Origin: Desulfuromonadales bacterium
GTDB taxonomy: Bacteria > Desulfobacterota > Desulfuromonadia > Desulfuromonadales > SZUA-540
NCBI GenBank assembly: GCA_033549025.1
Contig: JAWSUS010000014.1
Coordinates: 1-64,000 of the forward strand
Direction: 5' to 3'
DNA: 64,000 nt
In this document: in pieces, positions 36,958-46,815 of the stretch
Layout: every line of letters starts with the position of its first letter
Numbering within the stretch: the stretch's first letter is position 1
Made by a program: the position numbers and the translations under genes
The notes under the pieces: generated by a model
What the model was told of the DNA's origin: nothing
What the model saw: only the letters and a program-made list of their open reading frames with translations
Database searches by the model: none

Positions 36958-37842
36958 TCAATTCTCCTTCGTCTCGTGAAAAGAGGCTTCGATGCGGCGG
37001 AACTCCTCTTCCGTTTCCAGCAGAATGAGGGCCAGGTCGTCGAAGGTCAAATCCAGATAGTCGCTGTATTTCTGGTCCAGGGGATATTGCAGCGTATCGG
37101 CGCCGGTGCCGCAGCCTCCCATCATGGCGATGATGTCACCGACGTGGACCGCATACACTAGGGCGCGATAGGCCTCCGGCGCCTCCTGCGGCTGATGGTG
37201 GTAGCGGATGATCATTTGCAGCGGCTCGGGGAGGAGCCAGCTTTTGGCCACCTCGAAGCCGGCCTCGGCGTGATCGATCCCCAGCAGGGCTCTTTCCCCT
37301 TCGAGATAATCGGCGATGGCATGTTTTTCCAGGCTTTCGACGAGCTCCGGCGCCGTGTCGTGCAGGAAGTCGGAGAGGATGCCCTTGCCGATATCGTGCA
37401 GAATGCCGCCAGTGAAAGCCAGGCCGGCGTTCAGTTCCACCCGGGCTTTCTGGCTGACGTGTCGGGAGGCCATGGCGGTGAGCAGATCGTGACGCCAGAG
37501 CACGCCTTTTTCACCGTCGTAGCCGGCCAGAGGTTTGTAGAAGAGTGCCCCGGCGTTATCGCCCAGAGCGATGCTGACCACCAGTCGTTCGCCCAGGTAG
37601 GCCACGGCCCGGTCGATGGATTCGACCTTGTTGAGCAGACCGAAGGCGGCCGAATTGACGACGCGCAGAACGTGGGCCGTCAGGGTGGCATCGCATTTGA
37701 CGACGTCGACGACCTCGCCCAAGTCATGTTCGGGGTCGGCGGTCAGCTCCAGCAGTCGCGAGGCGCTGGGGGACAGCAGCGGGACCCGGCGGATGGCCTC
37801 AATAACGGTGTCGCGATCAAATTTTCTATTCATGGCAGTCAT
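36958..37842 (-). CDS. HDOD-domain protein
   Basis: LRVVNSAAFG, GILHDIGK, DHAEAG, YHH. Alternative start at 37833. Confidence 0.9.
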   Translation of the reverse strand: MTAMNRKFDRDTVIEAIRRVPLLSPSASRLLELTADPEHDLGEVVDVVKCDATLTAHVLRVVNSAAFGLLNKVESIDRAVAYLGERLVVSIALGDNAGALFYKPLAGYDGEKGVLWRHDLLTAMASRHVSQKARVELNAGLAFTGGILHDIGKGILSDFLHDTAPELVESLEKHAIADYLEGERALLGIDHAEAGFEVAKSWLLPEPLQMIIRYHHQPQEAPEAYRALVYAVHVGDIIAMMGGCGTGADTLQYPLDQKYSDYLDLTFDDLALILLETEEEFRRIEASFHETKEN

Positions 37843-37844
37843 CC

Positions 37845-38333
37845 CTAAAGTGTCCAGTTGCTGCGCCCCGGCGACGACAGGGTAATGACACCCGTATCGA
37901 CGGAAACGGAGACGGTGCGGCTGTAGTTGCCGCCGAGGTCTTCGGCAACGGCGCCCATGCCGTGGGCCCAGAGAATCTTCTTGATCGCCAGTTCGTTGCG
38001 CTTGCCGATATTGAACGTATCGTTGGGGTCCATGATTTTGGCGCCGCCGGCCAGCTTGACGATCAAGCCGCGGCCCCGGGGATCGCAGCCGAATTTGACC
38101 ATCTCCCGCAGCAGGGCGGGGATGCCCGTGTCGGCAAAGTAGCCGGGGCGCTCGGCGCTTTTGGCCGGGTTGATGCGCGACTCGGGCAGGGCCACGTGCA
38201 ACATGCCCACCGTGCGCGTCTTCGGGTCCATCAGGACGACGGCGACGCAGGAGCCGAGCGCGTAGGTCTTGACCTGATCCCCCGTATGGTTGCTGGCGCC
38301 GAAATCGCCGACGCCGAGGACGATAGCACTCAT
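37845..38333 (-). CDS. cheD: Chemoreceptor glutamine deamidase CheD
   Basis: LGSCVAV, GMLHVALP, KLAGGA, IGKRN, EDLGG. Confidence 0.92.
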   Translation of the reverse strand: MSAIVLGVGDFGASNHTGDQVKTYALGSCVAVVLMDPKTRTVGMLHVALPESRINPAKSAERPGYFADTGIPALLREMVKFGCDPRGRGLIVKLAGGAKIMDPNDTFNIGKRNELAIKKILWAHGMGAVAEDLGGNYSRTVSVSVDTGVITLSSPGRSNWTL

Positions 38334-39391
38334 TTTTTCTTCTCCGTCAGCAAGCGGATGACCTCGTCGGCCATATCGTCAATAGGCAGGAGTCGTTCGG
38401 CACCCCCTTTGTCGAAGGCGACCTTGGGCATGCCGAAGACGACAGATGTCGCCTCGTCCTGGGCGATGTTGCGGGCCCCGGCCTGGCGCATGGCCAGCAT
38501 GCCGGTGGCGCCGTCCGAGCCCATGCCGGTGAGCATGACACCGACGGCGTTGGCCCCCACCTGCTCGGCGACGGAGTGCATGAGAACGTCAACGGAGGGG
38601 CAGTGGCCGCTGACCTTTTCGCCGGCTTCGCAGGCGACCTGGTAGATGCCACCGGAACGCCGCACCCGCATGTGCAGACCGCCGGGAGCGACGAGAATGC
38701 GGCCCGGCATGATGCGGTCTCCCGACTCGGCTTCCTTGACCTCCATGGCGCACAGCTGATTGAGGCGGTCCGAAAACATTTTGGTAAAGCCCGCCGGCAT
38801 GTGCTGCACGATGACCACGCCCGGCATGGTGGAGGGAAACTGGGTGATGACTTTCTTGATCGCCTCGGTTCCCCCCGTCGAGGCGCCGATGGCAATAACC
38901 TTGTCTGTCGATTCGGCCAGAGCCCCGCTGCCGGGCGCCGGCTTCCGGCTGGGCAGTGTGGTCCGTTTGCTCTTCCAGTGGGAGACATTGGCGGTGGAGG
39001 CGATTTTGACCTTGGAGCGCAGCTCCAGCATCATGGCGGCCAGGCCCCGTGCCATATCCGTCGTCGGCTTGGCGACGAAGTCGACGGCGCCCGCTTCCAG
39101 GGCGTCGATGGTGATCTGCTTCCCCTTCTGGGTGAGGGAGCTGACCATGACCACGGGCAGGGGATACTGGGGCATCAGGCGGCGCAGGAACTCGACGCCG
39201 TCCATGCGCGGCATCTCCACGTCAAGGGTGAGGACGTCGGGCTTGAGCTCGACGATCTTGTCCCGGGCCATATAGGGATCGGAGGCAGTGCCGACGACTT
39301 CAATCCCCGGATCCATGGCCAGACCGCTGGAGAGGATCTGGCGGACGAGGGCGGAATCATCGACAACGAGAACGCGTACTTTATGGGCCAT
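38330..39391 (-). CDS. cheB: Chemotaxis methylesterase CheB
   Basis: REC domain plus GASTGG, VQHMP, LTGMGSDG. Confidence 0.96.
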   Translation of the reverse strand: MAHKVRVLVVDDSALVRQILSSGLAMDPGIEVVGTASDPYMARDKIVELKPDVLTLDVEMPRMDGVEFLRRLMPQYPLPVVMVSSLTQKGKQITIDALEAGAVDFVAKPTTDMARGLAAMMLELRSKVKIASTANVSHWKSKRTTLPSRKPAPGSGALAESTDKVIAIGASTGGTEAIKKVITQFPSTMPGVVIVQHMPAGFTKMFSDRLNQLCAMEVKEAESGDRIMPGRILVAPGGLHMRVRRSGGIYQVACEAGEKVSGHCPSVDVLMHSVAEQVGANAVGVMLTGMGSDGATGMLAMRQAGARNIAQDEATSVVFGMPKVAFDKGGAERLLPIDDMADEVIRLLTEKKK

Positions 39392-40275
39392 CAGAGAGTT
39401 CCCTTCTGGTAGGCGGCGGGCATCAGGTAGCGATAGAGGGACTGGTTGCGCCCCAGGGTTTCGGAATGCCCGATAAAGAGATACCCCCCCGGCTCGGTGG
39501 ACTGGTGGAAGCGCTTCACCAGAGCGTCACGGGTTTGCTGGTCAAAGTAAATCATGACATTGCGGCAAAAGATGATGTGGAACGGTTTTTTGAACGGAAA
39601 CTGGGTATTCATCAGGTTGAAGCGGCGAAAGGTCGCCTCCTTCTTCAGGGCATCCACCACCCCCCACTGATTTCCCGAGACCTTGCGGAAATACTTGCGC
39701 CGCCAGGCCTCCGGCAAAGAGGCGATGCGATCTTCCGGGTAGACGCCGGCGGCCGCTGTTTCGAGCACCCGTTGCGAGATGTCGGTGGCCAGAATGCCGG
39801 CATCCCACCGGCTGTACTCCTGTCCCAGGCATTCGTGCATGAGGATCAGCAGGGTGTAGGCTTCCTCCCCGGTGGAGCAGCCGGCGCACCAGACGCGCAG
39901 GTCCCGGCGGTTTTCCTGCCTCAGGCGGGCCAGTACCGTGGGCAGGGCCGTCTGCAGAAAATAGTCGAAGTGATCCTTCTCGCGGTTGAAGTAGGTGTAG
40001 TTGGTCGACACCAGATTAATGAGATCGCTCAGTCCCTTTTCGCCCGGCTCCTTGACGAGAAAATCGTAATAATTCTGAAAATTGGCAAACCCCTGCTGCC
40101 GCAGCAGCTTCTGAAGGCGGCCCACCAGCAGGGACTTCTTCTGGTCGGTGAGGTTGATGCCGAACCGGTTGTAGATCAGGGTGCGCAGCGCATTGAACTC
40201 CGCGTCCGAGATCGCCATCATGTTGCCGCCAGGCTCCAGCGTGCCCGGGTTTGAGTTGATCGATGTTCCCTGCAT
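39391..40275 (-). CDS. cheR: Chemotaxis methyltransferase CheR
   Basis: TNYTYFNRE, WCAGCSTGEE, FCRNVMIYF, IGHSE. Confidence 0.95.
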   Translation of the reverse strand: MQGTSINSNPGTLEPGGNMMAISDAEFNALRTLIYNRFGINLTDQKKSLLVGRLQKLLRQQGFANFQNYYDFLVKEPGEKGLSDLINLVSTNYTYFNREKDHFDYFLQTALPTVLARLRQENRRDLRVWCAGCSTGEEAYTLLILMHECLGQEYSRWDAGILATDISQRVLETAAAGVYPEDRIASLPEAWRRKYFRKVSGNQWGVVDALKKEATFRRFNLMNTQFPFKKPFHIIFCRNVMIYFDQQTRDALVKRFHQSTEPGGYLFIGHSETLGRNQSLYRYLMPAAYQKGTL

Positions 40276-40306
40276 TAAATGACTCCTGCCGCCTGCCCTT
40301 GCCGAC

Positions 40307-42577
40307 TCAGCTGTGTTCGCTCTTCTTTTCTTCGCTGATTTCCATCAGGGTGCCGACATCCATGATCAGGCTCACTTCGCCGTTGCCGAGGATGGTGCAG
40401 CCGGAAAAACCTCTGACATGGCCGATGTAGTCCGACAGGCCCTTGATGACCGTCTGCTGCTGCCCCAGAATTTCGTCGACGAAGACGCAGATGCGGTTGT
40501 CCTGGTATTCGAGAACGATAAGGATGCCCTGGTCCAGTTCATAGTGGTCCGGTTTTTTGCCCAGCACCTCATGGAGACGGATAACCGGGAAGAAATTCTC
40601 CCGCACCCGCGCCAGCTCTTCGCCATCGGGGGTGATGGTGATGGCCGAACTCTGCGGGCGGAAGGCCTCCTTGATCGAGAGGATGGGGATGATGCATTTC
40701 GTCTCGCCAACCCGCACCAGCATGCCGTCGATGATGGCCAGGGTCAGCGGGATACGCAGGGTCATGCGGCTGCCGACACCGGGCTTGCTGTGGACCTCGA
40801 CCTTGCCCTTGATCTTTTCCAGATTCTGTTTGACCACGTCCATGCCGACGCCGCGGCCGGAGATGTCGGTGATCTTTTCCGCCGTCGAGAAGCCCGGCTG
40901 AAAGATCATATTATATACGACTTTGTCGCTCAGGTCAGAGCCGTCTCCCTCGATCATGCCGTTTTTGATAGCCTTGGCCAGAATTTTTTCGCGGTTGAGG
41001 CCGCGCCCGTCGTCCTCGATGGTGATCCAGACCTCGCCCTCTTCGTGGCGGGCCGAGAGCTTGACCGTGCCTTTTTCGGGCTTGCCGGCCGTCCGGCGCT
41101 CCTCGGGAGGCTCCAGACCATGGTCGAGGGAGTTGCGCAGCAGGTGAACAAGGGGGTCGGTGATGGTCTCGATGACCGTTTTGTCCACCTCGGTCTCTTC
41201 GCCGAAGAGCTTCAGTTCCACTTTCTTGCCCGATTTGACCGAGAGGTCGTGCACCAGGCGGATCATGCGGCGGAAAAGGCCGGAAACGGGGATCATGCGG
41301 ATGACCATGGCCATCTCCTGCAATTCCCGCACGAGCTTGCTCATCTGCTGGGCCGCCTTGTTGAAGTTCTCCAGTTCCAGGCCCTGCAGATCCGGGTTGT
41401 GAATCAGCATGTTCTCGGCGATGACCATCTCGCCGATGAGGTTGATGAGGTTATCCAGTTTTTCCAGGTCGACGCGGATGTCCTGCCGTTTGACCGCGGC
41501 GCTTTTTTTCTCCTGATCCCCCTGGCTCGTCTGGGGCTTCTTCTTTTTCTGCTGTTCCTCCACGATGGCGGCCACCTGCTCGGGCTGGACCTTGCCCATG
41601 TCCACCAGAATCTCGCCGAGAGGCTTTTTCTGGGTGTTGACGGCGGCTTCCACCGTCTCGCTGTCGACCAGACCGCGTTCGACCAGCATCTCGCCCAAGC
41701 GCGGGCTCATAAGTTTTTTCAGACGTTCCAGGTGCTCGTCCAAACCATCGATGCGGCCGCTCCCCTCCTGGGCCACGTTGGCGATGGCGTCGCGCAGGAC
41801 ATCGACCAGATCGAGCAGGACGGCGCCGGCCCCTACCTCACTGAAGTCGCTGCCTGATTTGGCCGCATCGAGAACCGTTTCCATCTGGTGACTGAGTTTT
41901 TCCATGTCACCGTAACCGAAGAAACCGCAGTTGCCCTTAAAACTGTGCACATGGCGGAAGAGATCGGCAAGAACGTCCCGGTCTTCGGGGTTTTCCTCCC
42001 AGGCCAGCAGGCCCTGTTCGGCGTTCTGCAGCAGTTCGTCGGCTTCCTGCACGAAGCGCTCGACCATCTCGGCCGTCAGCACCATCTGTAGGTCGAATTC
42101 GGCGTTTTCGGTGCTTTGCCCGGACTCGGCCGGCGCCTGGTCGGCCGGCTCGTCGCTGCCCCCCCCTTTGGCCAGAGTGATGGCTTCCTCCAGGCGTGTG
42201 CCCATGACCTCGGCGGCCTTGGCCATGGCTTCGTCCTCGTAGGAGTTTTCCACGTGCTCCAGGGCGTCTTTGGCGAAGTCGCAGGTTTCGCACAGCAGGC
42301 TCACATGGGAAGTCTGCAGGTCGATGGCCCCGGAGCGAACGAGATCGAGCAGGTTTTCGGCGGCGTGGGCCACGCGGGTAATGTGATTGAATTCCAGAAA
42401 GCCGGCGCTGCCCTTCATCGAATGGAAGAGCCTGAAAACGGCGTTGATGGTCTTTTCATCGCCGCCGCTGTTGCCCAGTTCGATGATCGTGGGCTCGAGC
42501 TGGTCGATCATGTCCCGGCTTTCCTGGACAAACTCCTGAATGATTTCGATCTGCTCGTCTGAAATCTCGGAACTCAT
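40307..42577 (-). CDS. cheA: Chemotaxis histidine kinase CheA with two Hpt domains and a MshEN-like motif pair
   Basis: FHSMKG and VHSFKG; RLGEMLVERG..PLGEILVDMG; HLLRNSLDHG, GRGVGMD; C-terminal CheW-like domain. Confidence 0.95.
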   Translation of the reverse strand: MSSEISDEQIEIIQEFVQESRDMIDQLEPTIIELGNSGGDEKTINAVFRLFHSMKGSAGFLEFNHITRVAHAAENLLDLVRSGAIDLQTSHVSLLCETCDFAKDALEHVENSYEDEAMAKAAEVMGTRLEEAITLAKGGGSDEPADQAPAESGQSTENAEFDLQMVLTAEMVERFVQEADELLQNAEQGLLAWEENPEDRDVLADLFRHVHSFKGNCGFFGYGDMEKLSHQMETVLDAAKSGSDFSEVGAGAVLLDLVDVLRDAIANVAQEGSGRIDGLDEHLERLKKLMSPRLGEMLVERGLVDSETVEAAVNTQKKPLGEILVDMGKVQPEQVAAIVEEQQKKKKPQTSQGDQEKKSAAVKRQDIRVDLEKLDNLINLIGEMVIAENMLIHNPDLQGLELENFNKAAQQMSKLVRELQEMAMVIRMIPVSGLFRRMIRLVHDLSVKSGKKVELKLFGEETEVDKTVIETITDPLVHLLRNSLDHGLEPPEERRTAGKPEKGTVKLSARHEEGEVWITIEDDGRGLNREKILAKAIKNGMIEGDGSDLSDKVVYNMIFQPGFSTAEKITDISGRGVGMDVVKQNLEKIKGKVEVHSKPGVGSRMTLRIPLTLAIIDGMLVRVGETKCIIPILSIKEAFRPQSSAITITPDGEELARVRENFFPVIRLHEVLGKKPDHYELDQGILIVLEYQDNRICVFVDEILGQQQTVIKGLSDYIGHVRGFSGCTILGNGEVSLIMDVGTLMEISEEKKSEHS

Positions 42578-42805
42578 GGGTCTCCTCATGACGTACCGGC
42601 CTGGCCGGCGGTTTAATCTCCTCCGCTTCGGGTAGAAGCGAAGCGAGAGGGCTGTTTTGGGGGCGCCGTAGCAGCCAGTCCTGACCTGAAACAGGCTCTG
42701 ACACAGGGCTGTGGCACACAAGTGCTCTGGCGTGATCGCCGTCGGGGCCGTCATAGCCACCGATACGGGTATTCCGACAAGGCGAAAGCCTGGCTGCAGG
42801 GTTTG

Positions 42806-42823
42806 AAGCAAAAAGCCTGCCGA
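42806..42823 (-). promoter_or_regulatory. sigma-54 promoter of the che operon
   Basis: Minus-strand TCGGCAGGCTTTTTGCTT, GG-N10-GC. Confidence 0.65.
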
Positions 42824-42928
42824 TTTTGGCTTTCCCCGCGCCCTTTCTGTCAGGCCCCGGCAACCGGTCTGTTAAGGCTCGGCGTGGTCGGATGTGACCT
42901 GGCGTTGCCGACACCAGAGGGCGAAAAA

Positions 42929-42942
42929 GTCAAAAAGATGAC
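42929..42942. promoter_or_regulatory. FleQ-like enhancer box between divergent sigma-54 promoters
   Basis: GTCAAAAAGATGAC. Confidence 0.55.
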
Positions 42943-43037
42943 TTCTGGAGCCTCGCCGTGTCGGCTGGCGGTGAGGCAAGGGCCATTATCCGCCCTCCGC
43001 TGGCGCCTTTAGGACGGCCGGATACGCAATGGCGCGG

Positions 43038-43054
43038 TTGGAACGCATTTTGCT
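43038..43054 (+). promoter_or_regulatory. sigma-54 promoter of the TPR-flg/fli operon
   Basis: TTGGAACGCATTTTGCT, GG-N10-GC. Confidence 0.7.
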
Positions 43055-43087
43055 CTGCTGGGACAAGCGTAATCTTGCCTGTCGGTC

Positions 43088-45520
43088 ATGGGAGTGAAAA
43101 TGTTTAGTCGTTTTTTGGTTTTTTGTCTCGGTTTAACCCTGCTGGCCCCGGTCCATCTTTCGGCGGCAACGGAGAAGAACCGGATCCCCCTGTTGGAAAT
43201 GAGTAAAACCATAGCGCCTGGTTTCACGCGGATTTCCCTGCTTTTTCCCGAGCTCCCCGAAGCCCGGGTCAGCACCTCGGGGCAACGGGTCGATCTGCTG
43301 CTGCCGGAGACCTATGTGCCGCCGACCTTCAGGCCTCTGGCGCTTGACAGCGAGATTGTCGAGGTCCTGTTCGGTGAACGCCAGCAGGAAGCCATTCTCT
43401 CCTTCCTGGTGCGGCGGGCGGTGCGGCGGGTCGAAATAACCCCCGACCCGAAGACCCGGCAGCTTCATCTCGATATTTTCTGGGTGACCGATAACGCCCG
43501 CTCCCGCCCGGCCATCGCCTTCGGTCTGCCGGGCGGCCCGGTCCTCGATGCCGGCCGCGCCAGTGTTCGCAAGAGCGTATCCTCGCCTTATGCGGGCCGG
43601 TGGCCCGCCTTTTTTGTCGAATACGAGACCCCGCTTTCTTTTCCCCTTTCTCCCGGCTATTCCCTGCCCCCTTTTCCCCTGGTGGAGCTGGCCGAGCAAG
43701 AGGCTTTGCCTTCCGCCCTGGCCGAAGTGGTCGCGAAGGGCAGGGAGGGGCTCTGGGGCGCAACTCTGACTCTGCTGGACGGACCGGGGGGGACCCTGGT
43801 GAAGGAGACCCGGTCCGACCTCTATCGGCTGCTGCGCGGCGAGTTGCTACTGCGGTCCGGGCGTCCTGCCGAGGCGATGACCCTGCTGAAGCCCGGCATG
43901 GTGGGTTCGCCAGACGCGCTACGCCGCTTCCTGCTGGTGCAGGCCGAGGCGGCGGCGGGCGAGCCCTATAAGGTCGTCCACCAGGTACGCGACGATCATT
44001 TGGGGCTGCCGGAGCAGAGCCCCGTGCGTCCCTATCTCGAGCTCTTCCGGGCTGAACTCGACCTGGCTATGGGCCGGTTGGAGGCGGCTGCCAATCGTCT
44101 CGACGCCGTGGCTTCCAAACTGCCGGCGGCGGTTCAGCCTCTGCTCAATCTGCGTCAGGCCGATCTCCTCTTTGCCCGTGGCGAGAAGGCCGGCGCCCTG
44201 AAGGCCTACAGCGCGCTGGCCCAAAAGGGGGAGCTGACTCAGGAAAGCCTTTATTCTCTAAGCCGCTATGCCCAACTGCTCTATGCGCAAAAAGAGCATG
44301 CGGCAGCGGCGGAGCACTATCTGCGTTTGGGACTGAGCCTGTCCGGCCAGGCCGGAGATGATCTGGCCTACTTTGCCGCTGCCCGGGCCCAGGTGCGGGC
44401 TGGGCGTGGGGAACCGGCCCTGCTGCAGCTGCAGAACATTGTCGACACCTTCGCCGGCCAGGAAGGGGCCTGGCGGAGCCAGTTGCTGCTGCACGACCAG
44501 CAGGTGACGGCCGCCGGGGACGAGACCTCGATGGCTCGCGCCGCCCGCGGTTATCGCCAGCTGGCAGACCAGATCCCTTATCGGGAGCTGCGGGAAGAGG
44601 CGACCTTCAAATATGCCCTGACCGAATATTTAAGCGGGCGCAAGCTGGAAAGCGTGGAGACCCTGCAGGTGCTGCTGCGGGACTATGCGGCGGGCAACCT
44701 TCGCCGCGAGGTCAGCGCGCTTATGGCGGAAGCCCTGCCCGAGGTGGTGCGGGAACTGGTGGCCGATGGCCATTACGTCGACGCCCTGGTGCGGGTGGAG
44801 CGCAACCGCGAGCTGCTGCTGGCCGCCCAGGTGGGTCGGGATTTTATGCAGGAACTGGGCGGCGTCTTCATGCAGTTGGGGTTCTGGGATCGCGCCGCGC
44901 GCCTCTATCTGTTTCTGCTTGACGCGGAGGACGACGTTTCCGGGGCCGAGGGCGCCTATCTGCCGCTGGTGCAATGTTTTCATCGCCTCGGTGATCTGTC
45001 GCGGGTCGAGCGCTATGTCGCTCAGTACGGCGAGCGCCACCCCCAGGGCAAGGATGCCCCGGAACTTTTCTATCTGCGGCTCAAAACCCTGGCGGAGGTC
45101 GATAAAGGCCAGGACGCGGCTGCTCTGCTGCTGAAGGCCGGTCTTACACAGCACAAAGAAACCGAGCGTCTGGCCGCCCGTCTTTTCATGGCCCTTGAGA
45201 ACTATCCCGAGGTGGAAAAACGTCTGGCGCCGCTTATGGACAGGAATTTGCAAGACGCCCTTCCTGAGGACATTTTCCTGCGGGCCGAAGCCCTTTACCG
45301 TGATGATAAGCCAAAGTCGGCGCTGCCCTTTTTCACCCATCTGGCGGAGACGTCGGCCGATGCCGACCAGGCCCGCTTTCGGGCCGCCCAGATTCATCTG
45401 ACGGCGGGTAAACGCAGTCTCGGCCTTAAGTTTTTGCGACAATTGGCCGAAGAGGGACGTAGTGAACTTTGGCGCAAAATGGCCCGGGAGACCCTGGCCC
45501 TGCAGTTGGAAAAGCCCTGA
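43088..45520 (+). CDS. Large exported TPR-repeat protein heading the flagellar operon
   Basis: Signal peptide, beta-rich N-terminal domain, Pro-rich linker, many Ala/Leu/Tyr helical repeats. Confidence 0.8.
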   Translation: MGVKMFSRFLVFCLGLTLLAPVHLSAATEKNRIPLLEMSKTIAPGFTRISLLFPELPEARVSTSGQRVDLLLPETYVPPTFRPLALDSEIVEVLFGERQQEAILSFLVRRAVRRVEITPDPKTRQLHLDIFWVTDNARSRPAIAFGLPGGPVLDAGRASVRKSVSSPYAGRWPAFFVEYETPLSFPLSPGYSLPPFPLVELAEQEALPSALAEVVAKGREGLWGATLTLLDGPGGTLVKETRSDLYRLLRGELLLRSGRPAEAMTLLKPGMVGSPDALRRFLLVQAEAAAGEPYKVVHQVRDDHLGLPEQSPVRPYLELFRAELDLAMGRLEAAANRLDAVASKLPAAVQPLLNLRQADLLFARGEKAGALKAYSALAQKGELTQESLYSLSRYAQLLYAQKEHAAAAEHYLRLGLSLSGQAGDDLAYFAAARAQVRAGRGEPALLQLQNIVDTFAGQEGAWRSQLLLHDQQVTAAGDETSMARAARGYRQLADQIPYRELREEATFKYALTEYLSGRKLESVETLQVLLRDYAAGNLRREVSALMAEALPEVVRELVADGHYVDALVRVERNRELLLAAQVGRDFMQELGGVFMQLGFWDRAARLYLFLLDAEDDVSGAEGAYLPLVQCFHRLGDLSRVERYVAQYGERHPQGKDAPELFYLRLKTLAEVDKGQDAAALLLKAGLTQHKETERLAARLFMALENYPEVEKRLAPLMDRNLQDALPEDIFLRAEALYRDDKPKSALPFFTHLAETSADADQARFRAAQIHLTAGKRSLGLKFLRQLAEEGRSELWRKMARETLALQLEKP

Positions 45521-45530
45521 CGGCGCCGGT

Positions 45531-45544
45531 GTCATTATTATGAC
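45531..45544. promoter_or_regulatory. FleQ-like box upstream of flgB
   Basis: GTCATTATTATGAC. Confidence 0.5.
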
Positions 45545-45582
45545 TGGTGACAGGCGTCTGACGCCATGAAAGGAAGGACGAC

Positions 45583-45996
45583 ATGTCGAACCTGGGACTC
45601 TTCGATAAAACGGTAGGACTGCTGCACAAGGTGCTCGATCTTCGCGACCGGAACCAGAAGGTGATCGCCTCGAATATCGCCAACGCGGATACGCCCGGCT
45701 ACGCACCGTCCCGTCTTGAGTTTGAAGAACAGCTGCGCCAGGCCGTGAAGCATCCCGGCGTTACCCCTGCTGTCACGCATCCGGCCCATTTCCCAATCGG
45801 CGGCGGCCGCCTGGAGCAGGTGCAGGGGACCCTCGTCCGCACTCCCGATCGCTCGGGGATCGGCGACGGCAACGGCGTCAATGTCGATCAGGAGATGGTG
45901 GCTCTGGCGGAAAACCAGATTTTGTATGAAGCGGCAGTACAGTCTCTCAACAAGAAGATGGGACTGCTGAAGTATGTGGCCGGCGACGGCCGTTAA
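45583..45996 (+). CDS. flgB: Flagellar basal-body rod protein FlgB
   Basis: ASNIANADTPGY, DGNGVNVDQEM. Confidence 0.96.
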   Translation: MSNLGLFDKTVGLLHKVLDLRDRNQKVIASNIANADTPGYAPSRLEFEEQLRQAVKHPGVTPAVTHPAHFPIGGGRLEQVQGTLVRTPDRSGIGDGNGVNVDQEMVALAENQILYEAAVQSLNKKMGLLKYVAGDGR

Positions 45997-46007
45997 GGAG
46001 GTTCAGG

Positions 46008-46439
46008 ATGGATGTCTTTCAATCGCTGAAAATCGGTGCAAGCGCCCTTAAGGCCCAGCAAACCCGGCTCAACACCATCAGCTCGAATCTGGCCAATATC
46101 GAAACGACGCGGACGCCCGAGGGGGGCCCCTATCAGCGCCGGACCGTGCAGTTCCAGAGCGCCGATCTGAGCTTTGCCGAGCGCCTCGAACAGAGCATGC
46201 GGGGTGTCGCCCAAGGCGTTGAGGTGACCCGTATCGTCACCGATCCGTCACCCCCGCGCATGGTTTACAATCCGGCCCATCCCGATGCCGGTGAAGACGG
46301 TTATGTGGCGATGCCCGACATCAATCTGATGGAAGAAATGACGGACATGATGACGGCCACCCGCGCCTATGAGGCCAATATCACCACCATCAAGACCGCC
46401 AAGCGCATGGCCTTAAAGGCCCTTGAGATAGGAAGGTAG
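46008..46439 (+). CDS. flgC: Flagellar basal-body rod protein FlgC
   Basis: NLANIETTRTPEGGPY, YNPAHPDA, RAYEAN. Confidence 0.96.
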   Translation: MDVFQSLKIGASALKAQQTRLNTISSNLANIETTRTPEGGPYQRRTVQFQSADLSFAERLEQSMRGVAQGVEVTRIVTDPSPPRMVYNPAHPDAGEDGYVAMPDINLMEEMTDMMTATRAYEANITTIKTAKRMALKALEIGR

Positions 46440-46447
46440 GATAAGCG

Positions 46448-46747
46448 ATGAACGACATCACCCTCGTCAGTCACCTCAAGTCTCTGCAGGGCCCTGGCGC
46501 CACCCCCGCCGCCAAGGCTGATCCGGCGGGAGGTTTTGCCCGCACTCTGAAAGAAGTCCTCGATCAGACGAACCAGGCCCAGGTGACTGCGGACAAGGCC
46601 GTCGAAAAGCTCCATACCGGCGAAGCGCAAAACCTCCACGAGGTGATGATCAGCCTGGAAGAAGCTGACATCTCCATGCGCCTGATGGTTCAGATGCGCA
46701 ACAAGGTGGTGGAAGCCTACCAGGAGATCATGCGCATGCAGGTCTGA
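46448..46747 (+). CDS. fliE: Flagellar hook-basal body protein FliE
   Basis: LHEVMI, RNKVVEAYQEIMRMQV. Confidence 0.96.
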   Translation: MNDITLVSHLKSLQGPGATPAAKADPAGGFARTLKEVLDQTNQAQVTADKAVEKLHTGEAQNLHEVMISLEEADISMRLMVQMRNKVVEAYQEIMRMQV

Positions 46748-46815
46748 CGCGGTCAGGTCGGTCCGTATTTTATTAGAATACCTGAGACAGCGGTATTGCA
46801 GGAGGTTGTTGGTTC

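Noticed and set aside
42578..42800. Cyclic dinucleotide (GEMM) riboswitch in the long cheA leader
   Set aside because: Expected GYAAAC..GNRA..GC(A/G)AAGC core not found on either strand.
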